DNA of 64,000 nucleotides. It comes from Torpedo marmorata (lineage: Eukaryota). The notes under the pieces were generated by a model. That model searched no databases. It saw only the letters and a list, made by a program, of their open reading frames with translations, and was not told the DNA's origin. Shown in pieces: positions 37,926 to 53,002 of this stretch. Position 1 is the stretch's first letter. Every line of letters starts with the position of its first letter. The translations under genes were made by a program, and so were the position numbers. The stretch spans positions 2,232,001 through 2,296,000 of the forward strand of contig OZ360245.1 of the NCBI GenBank assembly GCA_977017645.1, written 5' to 3'.

Positions 37926-40900
37926 GAAGCTCCCTCCGTACCGTCCCGTCACACACTCTCAGGGTCAGACACAGAGTGAAGCTCCCTCCGCACCGTCCCA
38001 TAACACACTCCCGGGGTCAGACACACAGTAAAGATCCCTCCGCACTGTCCCATCACATACTCCCGGGGTCAGACACAGAGTGAAGCTCCCTCCGCACCGT
38101 CCCATCACACACTCCCAGGGTCAGACACAGAGTGAAGCTCCCTCCACACCGTCCCATCACACACTCCCAGGGTCAGACACAGAGTGAAGCTCCCTCCGCA
38201 CCGTCCCATCACACACTGCCGGGGTCAGACACACAGGAAAGATCCCTCCGCACCGTCCCATCACACACTCCCGGGGTCAGAAACATAGTGAAGCTCCCTC
38301 CGCACCGTCCCATTACACACTCCCGGGGTCAGAAACAGAGTGAAGCTCCCTCCGCACTGTCCCATCACATACTCCCGGGGTCAGACACAGAGTGAAGATC
38401 CCTCTACACCGTCCCATCACACATCCCGGGGTCAGAGACAGAGTGAAGATCCCTCCACACCATCCCATCACACACTCCCGGCGTCGGAAACAGAGTGAAG
38501 CTCCCTCCGCACCGTCCCATCACACACTCCCGGGGTCAGACACACAGTAAAGATCCCTCTACACCGTCCCGTCACACACTCCCCGGGGTCAAACCCAGAG
38601 TGAAGCTCCCTCCACACCGTCCCATCACACACTCCCTGTGTCAGACACAGAGCGAAGCTCCCTCCGCACCATCCCATCACATACTCTCGGGGTCAGACAC
38701 AGAGTGAAGCTCCCTCTGCACCGTCCCATCACACACTCCCGGGGTCAGACACAGAGTGAAGGTCCCTCCGCACCGTCCCATCACACACTCCTGGGGTCAG
38801 ACACAGAGTGAAGCTCCATCCACACCGTCCCATCACACACTCCTGGGGTCAGACACAGAGTGAAGCTCCCTCCGCACCATCCCTTGACACACTCTCGGGG
38901 TCAGACACAGAGTGAAGCTCCCTCCGCACCGTCCCATCACACACTCCCGGTGTCAGACACAGAGTGAAGCAACCTCTGCACTGTCCCATCTCACACTCCC
39001 GGGGTCAGACACAGAGTGAAGCTCCCTCCACACCGTCCTATCACACACTCCCGGGGTCAAACACAGAGTGAAGCTCCCTCCATACCGTCCCATCACACAC
39101 TCCCAGGGTCAGACACAGAGTGAAGCTCCCTCCGCACCGTCCCGTCACACACTCTCGGGGTCAGACACAGAGTGAAGCTCCCTCCGCACCGTCCCATCAC
39201 ACACTCCAGGGGTCAGACACAGAGTGAAGCTCCCTCCTCACCGTCCCATCACACACTTCCGGGGTCAGACACAGAGTGAAGCTCCCTCCGCACCGTCCCA
39301 TTACACACTCCCGGGGTCAGAAACAGAGTGAAGCTCCCTCCGCACTGTCCCATCACATACTCCCGGGGTCAGACACAGAGTGAAGATCCCTCTACACCGT
39401 CCCATCACACACTCCCGGGGTCAGACACAGAGTGAAGATCCCTCCACACCGTTCCATCACACACTCCCGGGGTCAGACACAGAGTGAAGCTTCCTCCGCA
39501 CCGTCCCATCACACACTCCCGGGGTCAGACACACAGTAAAGACCCCTCCACACCGTCCCATCACACAATCCCGGGGTCAGACACACAGTAAAGATCCCTC
39601 CACACCGTCCCATCACACACTCCCAGGGTCAAACCCAGAGTGATGATCCCTCTACACTGTCCAATCACACACTCCTAGTGTCAGACACAGAGTGAAGATC
39701 CCACTACACCGTCCCATCACACACTCCCGGGGTCAGACAAGGAGTGAAGATCCCTCTACACCGTCCCATCACACACTCCCGGGGTCAGACACAGAGTGAA
39801 GCTCGCTCCGCACAGTCCCATTACACACTCCCGGGGTCAGAAACAGAGTGAAGCTCCCTCCGCACCGCCCATCACACACTCCCAGGGTCAGACACAGAGT
39901 GAAGATCTCTCCGCACCGTCCCATCACACACTCCCGGGGTCAGACACAGAGTGAAGCTCCCTCCACCCCGTCCCATCACACACTGCCGGGGTCAGACACA
40001 CAGGAAAGATCCCTCCGCACCGTCCCATCACACACTCCCGGGGTCAGACACATAGTGAAGCTCCCTCCGCACCGTCCCATTACACACTCCCGGGGTCAGA
40101 AACAGAGTGAAGCTCCCTCCGCACTGTCCCATCACATACTCCCGGGGTCAGACACAGAGTGAAGATCCCTCTACACCGTCCCATCACACATCCCGGGGTC
40201 AGAGACAGAGTGAAGATCCCTCCACACCATCCCATCACACACTCCCGGGGTCAGACACAGAGTGAAGCTCCCTACCCACCGTCCCATCACAAACTCCCAG
40301 GGTCAGACACAGAGTGAAGCTCCCTCCGCACCGTCCCATCACACACTCCCGGGGTCAGACACACAGTAAAGATCCCTCTACACCGTCCCATCACACACTC
40401 CCCGGGGTCAAACCCAGAGTGAAGCTCCCTCCACACCGTCCCATCACACACTCCCTGTGTCAGACACAGAGCGAAGCTCCCTCCGCACCATCCCATCACA
40501 TACTCTCGGGGACAGACACAGAGTGAAGCTCCCTCTGCACCGTCCCATCACACACTCCCGGGGTCAGACACAGAGTGAAGGTCCCTCCGCACCGTCCCAT
40601 CACACACTCCTGGGGTCAGACACAGAGTGAAGCTCCATCCACACCGTCCCATCACACACTCCCGGTGTCAGACACAGAGTGAAGCAACCTCTGCACTGTC
40701 CCATCTCACACTCCCGGGGTCAGACACAGAGTGAAGCTCCCTCCACACCATCCCTTGACACACTCTCGGGGTCAGACACAGAGTGAAGCTCCCTCCGCAC
40801 CGTCCCATCACACACTCCCGGTGTCAGACACAGAGTGAAGCAACCTCTGCACTGTCCCATCTCACACTCCCGGGGTCAGACACAGAGTGAAGCTCCCTCC

Positions 40901-43900
40901 ACACCGTCCTATCACACACTCCCGGGGTCAGACACAGAGTGAAGCTCCCTCCCTACCGTCCCATCACACACTCCCAGGGTCAGACACAGAGTGAAGCTCC
41001 CTCCGCACCGTCCCATCACACACTCCAGGGGTCAGACACAGAGTGAAGCTCCCTCCTCACCGTCCCATCACACACTTCCGGGGTCAGACACAGAGTGAAG
41101 CTCCCTCCGCACCGTCCCATTACACACTCCCGGGGTCAGAAACAGAGTGAAGCTCCCTCCGCACTGTCCCATCACATACTCCCGGGGTCAGACACAGAGT
41201 GAAGATCCCTCTACACCGTCCCATCACACACTCCCGGGGTCAGACACAGAGTGAAGATCCCTCCACACCGTCCCATCACACACTCCCGGGGTCAGACACA
41301 GAGTGAAGCTTCCTCCGCACCGTCCCATCACACACTCCCGGGGTCAGACACACAGTAAAGACCCCTCCACACCGTCCCATCACACAATCCCGGGGTCAGA
41401 CACACAGTAAAGATCCCTCCACACCGTCCCATCACACACTCCCAGGGTCAAACCCAGAGTGATGATCCCTCTGCACTGTCCAATCACACACTCCTAGTGT
41501 CAGACACAGAGTGAAGATCCCTCTACACCGTCCCATCACACACTCCCGGGGTCAGACACGGAGTGAAGATCCCTCTACACCGTCCTATCACACACTCCCG
41601 TGGTCAGACACAGAGTGAAGCTCTCTACGCACCGTCCCATCACACACTCCCGGGGTCAGACACAGAGTGAAGATCTCTCCGCACCGTCCCATCACACACT
41701 CCCGGGGTCAGACACAGAGTGAAGCTCCCTCCACACCGTCCCATCACACACTCCCAGGGTCAAACCCAGAGTGAAGCACCTTCCACTCCGTCCCATCACA
41801 CACTCCCGGTGTCAGACACAGAGTGAAGCTCCCTCCGCACCGTTCCATCACACACTCCCAGGGTCAGACACAGAGTGAAGCTCCCTCCGCACCGTCCCAT
41901 CACACACTCCCAGGGTCAAACCCAGAGTGAAGCACCTTCCACTCCGTCCCATCACACACTCCCGGTGTCAGACACAGAGTGAAGCTCCCTCTGCACTGTC
42001 CCATCACACACTCTCAGGGTCAGACACAGAGTGAAGCTCCCTCCACACCGTCCCGGGGTCAGACACAGAGTAAAGCTCCCTCCGCACCGTCATATCATAC
42101 ACTCCAAGGGTCAGACACAGAGTGAAGAACCCTCTACACGGTCCCATCACACACTCCAAGGGTCAAACCCAGAGTGAAGCTCCCTCTACACCGTCCCATC
42201 ACACACTCCCGGGGTTAGTCACAGAGTGAAGCTCCCTTCACACCATCCCATCACACACTCCCGGGGTCAGAAACAGAGTGAAGATCCCTCTACACCGTCC
42301 CATCACACAATTCCGGGGTCAGACACAGGGTGAAGCTCCCTCCACACCGTCCTATCACCCACTCCCGGGGTCAGACACACAGTGAAACTCCCTCCACACT
42401 GTCTCATCACCCACTCCCGGGGTCAGACACACAGTGAAGCTCTCTCCACACCATCCCATCACACACTCCCGGGGTCAGAAACAGAGTGAAGATCCCTCTG
42501 CACAATCCCATCACACACTCCCGGGGTCAGACACAGAGTAAAGATCCCTCTACACCGTCCCATTGCACACTCCCGGCGTCAGTACAGAGTGAAGATCCCT
42601 CCACATCGTCCCATCACACACTCCCAGGGTCAAACCCAGAGTGAAGCACCTTCCACTCCGTCCCATCACACACTCCTGGTGTCAGACACAGAGTGAAGCT
42701 CCCTCTGCACTGTCCCATCACACACTCTCAGGGTCAGACACAGAGTGAAGCTCCCTCCACACCGTCCCATCACACAGTCCCGGGGTCAGACACAGAGTGA
42801 AGCTCCCTCCGCACCGTCATATCACACACTCCAAGGGTCAGACACAGAGTGAAACTCCCTCCACACTGTCCCATCACACACTCCAAGGATCAAACCCAGA
42901 GTGAAACTCCCTCCACACTGTCCCATCACACACTCCAAGGGTCAAACCCAGAGTGAAGCTCCCTTCACACCGTCCCATCACACACTACCGGTGTCAGACA
43001 CAGAGTGAAGATCCCTCCACACCGTCCCATCACACACTCCCAGTGTCAGACACAGAGTGAAGATCCCTCCACACCGTCCCATCACACACTCCCGGGGTCA
43101 GACACAGACTGAAGATCCCTCTACACCGTCCTATCTCACACTCCCAGGGTCAGACACAGAGTGAAGCTCCCTCCACACCGTCCCATCATCCACTCTCGGG
43201 GTCAGACACACAGTGAAGCTCCCTCCGCACCTTCTCATCACCCACTCCCGGGGTCAGACACACAGTGAGGCTCCCTCCACACCATCCCATTACACACTCC
43301 CGTGGTCAGAAACAGAGTAAAGATCCCTCTACACCGTCCCATCACACACTCCCGGGGTCAGACACAGAGTGAAGCTCCTTCCGCACCATCCCATCACACA
43401 CTCCCGGGGTCAGACACAGAGTGAAGCTCCCTCTGCACCGTCCCATCGCACACTCCCTGTGTCAGACAGAGTGAAGCTCGCTGCACACCGTCCCATCACA
43501 CACTCCCGGGGTCAGGCACAGAGTGAAGCTCCCTCCGCACCGTCCCATCACACACTCCCGGGGTCAGGCACAGAGTGAAGCTCCCTCCGCACCGTCCCAT
43601 CACACACTCATGGGGTCAGACACAGAGTGAAGCTCCCTTCACACTGTCCCATCACACACTCCCAGGGTCAGAAACAGAGTGAAGCTCCCTCCACACCGTC
43701 CCATCACACACTCCCGGGGTCAGACACAGAGTAAAGATCCCTCCACACCGTCATATCACACACTCCAAGGGTCAGACACAGAGTGAAGATCCCTCTGCAC
43801 CGTCCCCTCATACAGTCCCGGGGTCAGACACAGAGTGAAGATCCCTCCGCACCGTCCCATCACACACTCCCGGGGTCAGACACAGAGTGAAGCTACGTAC

Positions 43901-46900
43901 ACACCGTCCCATCACACACTCCCGGGGTCAGACACAGAGTGAAGCTCCCTCCGCACTGTCCCATCACACACTCCCGGGGTCAGACACAGAGTGAAGCTCC
44001 CTCCGCACCATCCCGTTACACAATCTCGGAGTCAGACACAGAGTGAAGCTCCCTCCGCATCGTCCCATCAACCACTCCCGGTGTCAGACACAGAGTGAAG
44101 CTCCCTTCACACCGTCCCTTCACACACTCCCGGAGGTCAGACACAGAGTAAAGATCCCTCTTCACTGTCCCATCACACACTCCCAGTGTCAGACACAGAG
44201 TGAAGCTCCGTTCCATCACACACTCCCGGGGTGAGTCACATAGTGAAGCTCCCTCCGCACCGTCCCATCACACACTCCCGGGGTCAGACACAGAGTGAAG
44301 ATCCCTCTGCACCGTCCCATCACACACTCCCGGGGTCAGACACATAGTGAAGCTCCCTCCGCACCGTCCCATCACAGACTCCCGGGGTCAGACACAGAGT
44401 GAAGCTCACTCTACACCGTCCCATGACACACTCACAGGGTAAGACACAGAGTGAAGCTCCCTCCACACCGTCCCATCACACACTCCCGGTGTCAGACACA
44501 GAGTGAAGCTCCCTCTACACCGTCGCATCACACACTCCCGGGGTCAGACATAGAGTGAAGCTCCCTCCACACCGACCCATCACACACTCCCGGGGTCAGA
44601 CACAGAGTGAAGCTCCCTCCACACCTTCCCATCACACACTCCCGGGGTCAGACACAGAGTAAAGATCCCTCTGCACCGTCCCATCACACAGTCCCGGGGT
44701 CAGACACAGAGTGAAGATCCCTCTGCACCGTCCCATCACACAGTCCCGGGGTCAGACACAGAGTGAAGATCCCTCCGCACTGTCCCATCACACACTCCCG
44801 GGGTCAGACACAGAGTGAAGATCCCTCTACACCGTCCCATCACACACTCCCAGGGTCAGACACAGAGTGAAGCTCCCTCCACACCGTCCCATCATCCACT
44901 CTCGGGGTCAGACACACAGTGAAGCTCCCTCCGCACTGTCCCATCACACACTCCCGTGGTCAGAAACAGAGTAAAGATCCCTCTACACCGTCCCATTACA
45001 CACTCCCGGGGTCAGAAACAGAGTGAAGCTCCTTCCGCACCGTCCCATCACACAATCCCGGGGTCAGACACAGAGTGAAGCTCCCTCCGCACCGTCCCAT
45101 CGCACACTCCCTGTGTCAGACAGAGTGAAGCTCGCTCCACACCGTCCCATCACACACTCCCGGGGTCAGGCACAGAGTGAAGCTCCCTCCGCACCGTCCC
45201 ATCACACACTCCCGGGGTCAGGCACAGAGTGAAGCTCCCTCCGCACCGTCCCATCACACACTCATGGGGTCAGACACAGAGTGAAGCTCCCTTCACACTG
45301 TCCCATCACACACTCCCAGGGTCAGACACAGAGTGAAGCTCCCTCCACACCGTCCCATCACACACTGCCGGGGTCAGACACACAGTAAAGATCCCTCCTC
45401 ACCGTCCCATCACACACTCCCGGGGTCAGACACAGAGTGAAGCTCCCTCTACACCGTCCCATGACACACTCCCGGGGTCAGAAACAGAGTGAAGCTCCTT
45501 CCGCACCGTCCCATCACACACTCCCGGGGTCAGACACAGAGTAAAGATCCCTCCACACCGTCATATCACACACTCCAAGGGTCAGACACAGAGTGAAGAT
45601 CTCTCTGCACCGTCCCATCACACAGTCCCGGGGTCAGACACAGAGTGAAGATCCCTCTGCACCGTCCCATCACACACTCCAAGGGTCAGACACAGAGTGA
45701 AGCTCCCTCCGCACCGTCCCGTCACACACTCTCGGAGTCAGACACAGAGTGAAGCTCCCTCCGCACCGTCCCATCACACACTCCCGGGGTCAGACACAGA
45801 GTGAAGCTACGTACACACTGTCCCATCACACACTCCCAGGGTTAGACACAGAGTGAAGCTCCCTCCGCACCGTCCCATCACACACTCCCGGGGTCAGACA
45901 CAGAGTGAAGCTACGTACACACTGTCCCATCACACACTCCCAGGGTCAGACACAGAGTGAAGCTCCCTCCGCACTGTCCCATCACACACTCCCGGGGTCA
46001 GACACAGAGTGAAGCTCCCTCCGCAACATCCCGTTACACACTCCCGGGGTCAGACACAGAGTGAAGCTCCCTCCGCACTGTCCCATCAACCACTCCCGGG
46101 GTCAGACACAGAGTGAAGCTCCCTCCGCACCGTCCCATCAACCACTCCCGGGGTCAGACACAGAGTGAAGCTCCCTTCACACCGTCCCTTCACACACTCC
46201 TGGTGTCAGACACAGAGTGAAGCTTCCTTCACACCGTCCCATCACACACTCCCAGTGTCAGACACAGAGTGAAGCTCCGTTCCATCACACACTCCCGGGG
46301 TGAGTCACATAGTGAAGCTCCCTCCGCACCGTCCCATCACACACTCCCGGGGTCAGACACAGAGTGAAGATCCCTCTGCACCGTCCCATCACACACTCCC
46401 GGGGTCAGACACATAGTGAAGCTCCCTCCGCACCGTCCCATCACAGACTCCCGGGGTCAGACACAGAGTGAAGCTCACTCTACACCGTCCCATGACACAC
46501 TCACAGGGTAAGACACAGAGTGAAGCTCCCTCCACACCGTCCCATCACACACTCCCGGGGTCAAACCCAGAGTGAAGCTCCCTCCACACCGTCCCATCAC
46601 ACACCCCGGTGTCAGACACAGAGTGAAGCTCCCTCTACACCGTCCCATCACACACTCCCGGGGTCAGACACAAAGTAAAGATCCCTCCACACCGACCCAT
46701 CACACACTCCCGGGGTCAGACACAGAGTGAAGCTCCCTCCGCACCATCCCATCACACACTCCCGGTGTCAGACACAGATTGAAGCTCCCTCCGCACCGTC
46801 CCATCACACACTCCCGGGGTCAGACACAGAGTGAAGATCCCTCTGCACCGTCCCATCACACACTCCCGGGGTCAGACACAGAGTAAAGATCCCGCTACAC

Positions 46901-49900
46901 CGTCCCATCACACACTCCCAGGGTCAAACCCAGAGTGAAGCACCTTCCACTCCGTCCCATCACACACTCCCGGTGTCAGACACAGAGTGAAGCTCCCTCT
47001 GCACTGTCCCATCACACACTCTCAGGGTCAGACACAGAGTGAAGCTCCCTCCACACCGTCCCGGGGTCAGACACAGAGTAAAGCTCCCTACGCACCGTCA
47101 TATCATACACTCCAAGGGTCAGACACAGAGTGAAGAACCCTCTACACGGTCCCATCACACACTCCAAGGGTCAAACCCAGAGTGAAGCTCCCTCTACACC
47201 GTCCCATCACACACTCCCGGGGTTAGACACAGAGTGAAGCTCCCTTCACACCATCCCATCACACACTCCCGGGGTCAGAAACAGAGTGAAGATCCCTCTG
47301 CACCGTCCCATCACACACTTCCGGGGTCAGACACAGGGTGAAGCTCCCTCCACACCGTCCTATCACCCACTCCCGGGGTCAGACACACAGTGAAACTCCC
47401 TCCACACTGTCTCATCACCCACTCCCGGGGTCAGACACACAGTGAAGCTCTCTCCACACCATCCCATCACACACTCCCGGGGTCAGAAACAGAGTGAAGA
47501 TCCCTCCGCACAATCCCATCACACACTCCCGGGGTCAGACACAGAGTAAAGATGCCTCTACACCGTCCCATTGCACACTCCCGGCGTCAGTACAGAGTGA
47601 AGATCCCTCCACATCGTCCCATCACACACTCCCAGGGTCAAACCCAGAGTGAAGCACCTTCCACTCCGTCCCATCACACACTCCTGGTGTCAGACACAGA
47701 GTGAAGCTCCCTCTGCACTGTCCCATCACACACTCTCAGGGTCAAACCCAGAGTGAAGCTCCCTTCACACCGTCCCATCACACACTACCGGTGTCAGACA
47801 CAGAGTGAAGATCCCTCCACACCGTCCCATCACACACTCCCAGTGTCAGACACAGAGTGAAGATCCCTCCACACCGTCCCATCACACACTCCCGGGGTCA
47901 GACACAGAGTGAAGATCCCTCTACACCGTCCCATCACACACTCCCGGGGTCAGACACAGACTGAAGATCCCTCTACACCGTCCTATCACACACTCCCAGG
48001 GTCAGACACAGAGTGAAGCTCCCTCCACACCGTCCCATCATCCACTCTCGGGGTCAGACACACAGTGAAGCTCCCTCCGCACCTTCTCATCACCCACTCC
48101 CGGGGTCAGACACACAGTGAGGCTCCCTCCACACCATCCCATTACACACTCCCGTGGTCAGAAACAGAGTAAAGATCCCTCTACCCCGTCCCATCGCACA
48201 CTCCCGGGGTCAGACACAGAGTAAAGATCCCTCTACACCATCCCATTACACACTCCCGGGGTCAGAAACAGAGTGAAGCTCCTTCCGCACCGTCCCATCA
48301 CACACTCCCGGGGTCAGACACAGAGTGAAGCTCCCTCTGCACCTTCCCATCGCACACTCCCTGTGTCAGACAGAGTGAAGCTCGCTGCACACCGTCCCAT
48401 CACACACTCCCGGGGTCAGGCACAGAGTGAAGGTCCCTCCGCACCGTCCCATCACACACTCCCGGGGTCAGGCACAGAGTGAAGCTCCCTCCGCACCGTC
48501 CCATCACACACTCATGGGGTCAGACACAGAGTGAAGCTCCCTTCACACTGTCCCATCACACACTCCCAGGGTCAGACACAGAGTGAAGCTCCCTCCACAC
48601 CGTCCCATCACACACTGCCGGGGTCAGAGACACAGTAAAGATCCCTCCTCACCGTCCCATCACACACTCCCAGGGTCAGACACAGAGTGAAGCTCCCTCT
48701 ACACCGTCCCATGACACACTCCCGGGGTCAGAAACAGAGTGAAGCTCCTTCCGCACCGTCCCATCACACACTCCCGGGGTCAGACACAGAGTAAAGATCC
48801 CTCCACACCGTCATATCACACACTCCAAGGGTCAGACACAGAGTGAAGATCCCTCTGCACCGTCCCCTCATACAGTCCCGGGGTCAGACAGAGTGAAGAT
48901 CCCTCTGCACCGTCCCATCACACACTCCAAGGGTCAGACACAGATTGAAGCTCCCTCCGCACCGTCCCATCACACACTCTCGGAGTCAGACACAGAGTGA
49001 AGCTCCCTCCGCACCGTCCCATCACACACTCCCGGGGTCAGACACAGAGTGAAGCTCCCTCTGCACCGTCCCATCACACACTCCGGGGGTCAGACACAGA
49101 GTGAAGCTCCCTCCGCACTGTCCCATCACACACTCCCGGGGTCAGACACAGAGTGAAGCTCCCTCCGCACCATCCCGTTACACACTCCCGGGGTCAGACA
49201 CAGAGTGAAGCTCCCTCCGCACTGTCCCATCAACCACTCCCGGGGTCAGACACAGAGTGAAGCTCCCTCCGCACCGTCCCATCAACCACTCCCGGGGTCA
49301 GACACAGAGTGAAGCTCCCTTCACACCGTCCCTTCACACACTCCTGGTGTCAGACACAGAGTGAAGCTCCCTTCACACCGTCCCATCACACACTCCCAGT
49401 GTCAGACACAGAGTGAAGCTCCGTTCCATCACACACTCCCGGGGTGAGTCACATAGTGAAGCTCCCTCCGCACCGTCCCATCACACACTCCCGGGGTCAG
49501 ACACAGAGTGAAGATCCCTCTGCACCGTCCCATCACACACTCCCGGGGTCAGACACATAGTGAAGCACCCTCCGCACCGTCCCATCACAGACTCCCGGGG
49601 TCAGACACAGAGTGAAGCTCACTCTACACCGTCCCATGACACACTCACAGGGTAAGACACAGAGTGAAGCTCCCTCCACACCGTCCCATCACACACCCCG
49701 GTGTCAGACACAGAGTGAAGCTCCCTCTACACCGTCCCATCACACACTCCCGGGGTCAGACACAAAGTAAAGATCCCTCCACACCGACCCATCACACACT
49801 CCCGGGGTCAGACACAGAGTGAAGCTCCCTCCACACCGACCCATCACACACTCCCGGGGTCAGACACAGAGTGAAGCTCCCTCCGCACCATCCCATCACA

Positions 49901-52900
49901 CACTCCCGGTGTCAGACACAGATTGAAGCTCCCTCCGCACCGTCCCATCACACACTCCCGGGGTCAGACACAGAGTAAAGATCCCGCTACACCGTCCCAT
50001 CACACACTCCCAGGGTCAAACCCAGAGTGAAGCACCTTCCACTCCGTCCCATCACACACTCCCGGTGTCAGACACAGAGTGAAGCTCCCTCTGCACTGTC
50101 CCATCACACACTCTCAGGGTCAGACACAGAGTGAAGCTCCCTCCACACCGTCCCGGGGTCAGACACAGAGTAAAGCTCCCTCCGCACCGTCATATCATAC
50201 ACTCCAAGGGTCAGACACAGAGTGAAGCTCCCTCTACACCGTCCCATCACACACTCCCGGGGTTAGACACAGAGTGAAGATCCCTCTGCACCGTCCCATC
50301 ACACACTCCCGGGGTCAGACACAGAGTGAAGATCCCTCCACACTGTCCCATCACACACTCCAAGGGTCAAACCCAGAGTGAAGCTCCCTTCACACCGTCC
50401 CATCACACACTACCGGTGTCAGACACAGAGTGAAGATACCTCCACACCGCCCCATCACACACTCCCAGTGTCAGACACAGAGTGAAGATCCCTCAACACC
50501 GTCCCATCACACACTCCCGGGGTCAGACACAGAGTGAAGCTCCCTCCGCACTGTCCCATCACACACTCCCGGGGTTAGACACAGAGTGAAGCTCCCTCCG
50601 CACCATCCCGTTACACACTCTCGGAGTCAGACACAGAGTGAAGCTCCCTCCGCACCGTCCCATCAACCACTCCCGGGGTCAGACACAGAGTGAAGCTCCC
50701 TTCACACCGTCCCTTCACACACTCCTGGTGTCAGACACAGAGTGAAGATCCCTCTACACCGTCCCATCACACACTCCCGGAGGTCAGACACAGAGTAAAG
50801 ATCCCTCTTCACTGTCCCATCACACACTCCCAGTGTCAGACACAGAGTGAAGCTCCGTTCCATCACACACTCCCGGGGTGAGTCACATAGTGAAGCTCCC
50901 TCCGCACCGTCCCATCACACACTCCCGGGGTCAGACACATAGTGAAGCTCCCTCCGCACCGTCCCATCACAGACTCCCGGGGTCAGACACAGAGTGAAGC
51001 TCCCTCCACACCGTCCCATCACACACTCCCGGGGTCAAACCCAGAGTGAAGCTCCCTCCACACCGTCCCATCACACACCCCGGTGTCAGACACAGAGTGA
51101 AGCTCCCTCTACACCGTCCCATCACACACTCCCGGGGTCAGACACAAAGTAAAGATCCCTCCACACCGACCCATCACACACTCCCGGGGTCAGACACAGA
51201 GTGAAGCTCCCTCCACACCGACCCATCACACACTTCCGGGGTCAGACACAGAATGAAGCTCCCTCCGCACCATCCCATCACACACTCCCGGTGTCAGACA
51301 CAGATTGAAGCTCCCTCCGCACCGTCCCATCACACACTCCTGGGGTCAGACACAGAGTGAAGATCCCTCTGCACCGTCCCATCACACACTCCCGGGGTCA
51401 GACACAGAGTAAAGATCCCGCTACACCGTCCCATCACGCACTCCCGGGGTCAGACACAGAGTGAAGATCCCTCCACACCGTCCCATCACACACTCTCAGG
51501 ATCAGACACAGAGTGAAGATCCCTCAACACCGTCCCATCACACACTCCCGGGGTCAGACACAGAGTGAAGCTCCCTCCACACCGTCCCATCACACACTCC
51601 CAGGGTCAGACACAGAGTGAAGCTCCCTCCGTACCGTCCCATCACACACTTCCAGGGTCAAACCCAGAGTGAAGCACCCTCCACTCCGTCCCATCACACA
51701 CTCCCGGTGTCAGACACAGAGTGAAGCTCCCTCTGCACTGTCCCATCACACACTCCCGGTGTCAGACACAGAGTGAAGATCCCTCTACACTGTCCCATCA
51801 CACACTCTCAGGGTCAAACCCTGTGTGAAGCACCCTTCACACCGTCCCTTCACACACACTCCTGGTGTCAGACACAGAGTGAAGATCCCTCTACACCGTC
51901 CCATCACACACTCCTGGAGGTCAGACACACAGTAAAGATCCCTCTTCACTGTCCCATCACACACTCCCAGTGTCAGACACAGAGTGAAGCTTCGTCCCAT
52001 CACACACTCCCGGGGTCAGACACAGAGTGAAGCTCCCTCCACACCGTCGCATCACACACTTCCGGGGTGAGTCACATAGTGAAGCTCCCTCCGCACCGTC
52101 CCATCACACACTCCCGGGGTCAGATACAGAGTAAAGATCCCTCTACACCGTCCCATCACACACTCCCGGGGTCAGACAGAGTGAAGCTCCCTCTACACCG
52201 TCCCATCACACACTCCCGGGGTCAGACACAGAGTGAAGCTCCCTCTACACCGTCCCATCACACACTCCCGGGGTCAGACACAGAGTGAAGCTCCCTCTAC
52301 ACCGTCCCATCACACACTCCCAGGGTCAGACACAGAGTGAAGCTCCCTCTACACCGTCCCATCACACACTCCCGGGGTCAGACACAGGGTGAAGCTCCCT
52401 CTACACCGTCCCATCACACACTCCCGGGGTCAGACACAGGGTGAAGCTCCCTCTACACCGTCCCATCACACATTCCTGGGGTCAGACACAGAGTGAAGCT
52501 CCCTCTACACCGTCCCATCACACACTCCCGGGGTCAGACACAGAGTGAAGCTCCCTCTACACCGTCCCATCACACACTCCCGGGGTCAGACACAGAGTGA
52601 AGCTCCCTCTACACCGTCCCATCACACACTCCCGGGGTCAGACACAGAGTGATGATCCCTCTACACCGTCCCATCACACACTCCCGGGGTCAGACACAGA
52701 GTGAAGATCCCTCTACACCATCCCATCACACACTCCCGGGGTCAGACACAGGGTGAAGCTCCCTCTACACCGTCCCATCATACAGTCCTGGGGTCAGACA
52801 CAGATTGAAGCTCCCTCCACACCGTCCCATCACACACTCCCGGGGTCAGTGAGTGAAGCTCCCTCCACACCGTCCCATCACACACTCCCAGGGTCAGTGA

Positions 52901-52953
52901 GTGAAGCTCCCTCCGCACCGTCCCATCACACACTCCCGGGGTCAGACACAGAG
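37926..52953. repeat. ~15-kb satellite array, 52-bp monomer GGGGTCAGACACAGAGTGAAG(C/A)TCCCTCC(G/A)CACCGTCCCATCACACACTCCC
   Basis: Period 52 (TCCC at 38061 and 38113). About 290 monomers by length division. Recurring variant blocks indicate higher-order duplications. Confidence 0.97.
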
Positions 52954-52986
52954 CGTCACTCTCTATTATCTCTCTACAGTGAGGTG

Positions 52987-53002
52987 TAGCGCCCTCTGCT
53001 GC
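52987..53002 (-). promoter_or_regulatory. Putative CTCF-binding site
   Basis: Minus strand GCAGCAGAGGGCGCTA versus the consensus CCASYAGRKGGCRS; one mismatch at the first position. Confidence 0.5.

Noticed and set aside
38132-52288. Repeated His/Pro/Ser-rich ORFs in the satellite and Cys/Val-rich ORFs at 21-23 kb
   Set aside because: They are translations of tandem repeats whose period is not codon-conserving, with frequent stops.
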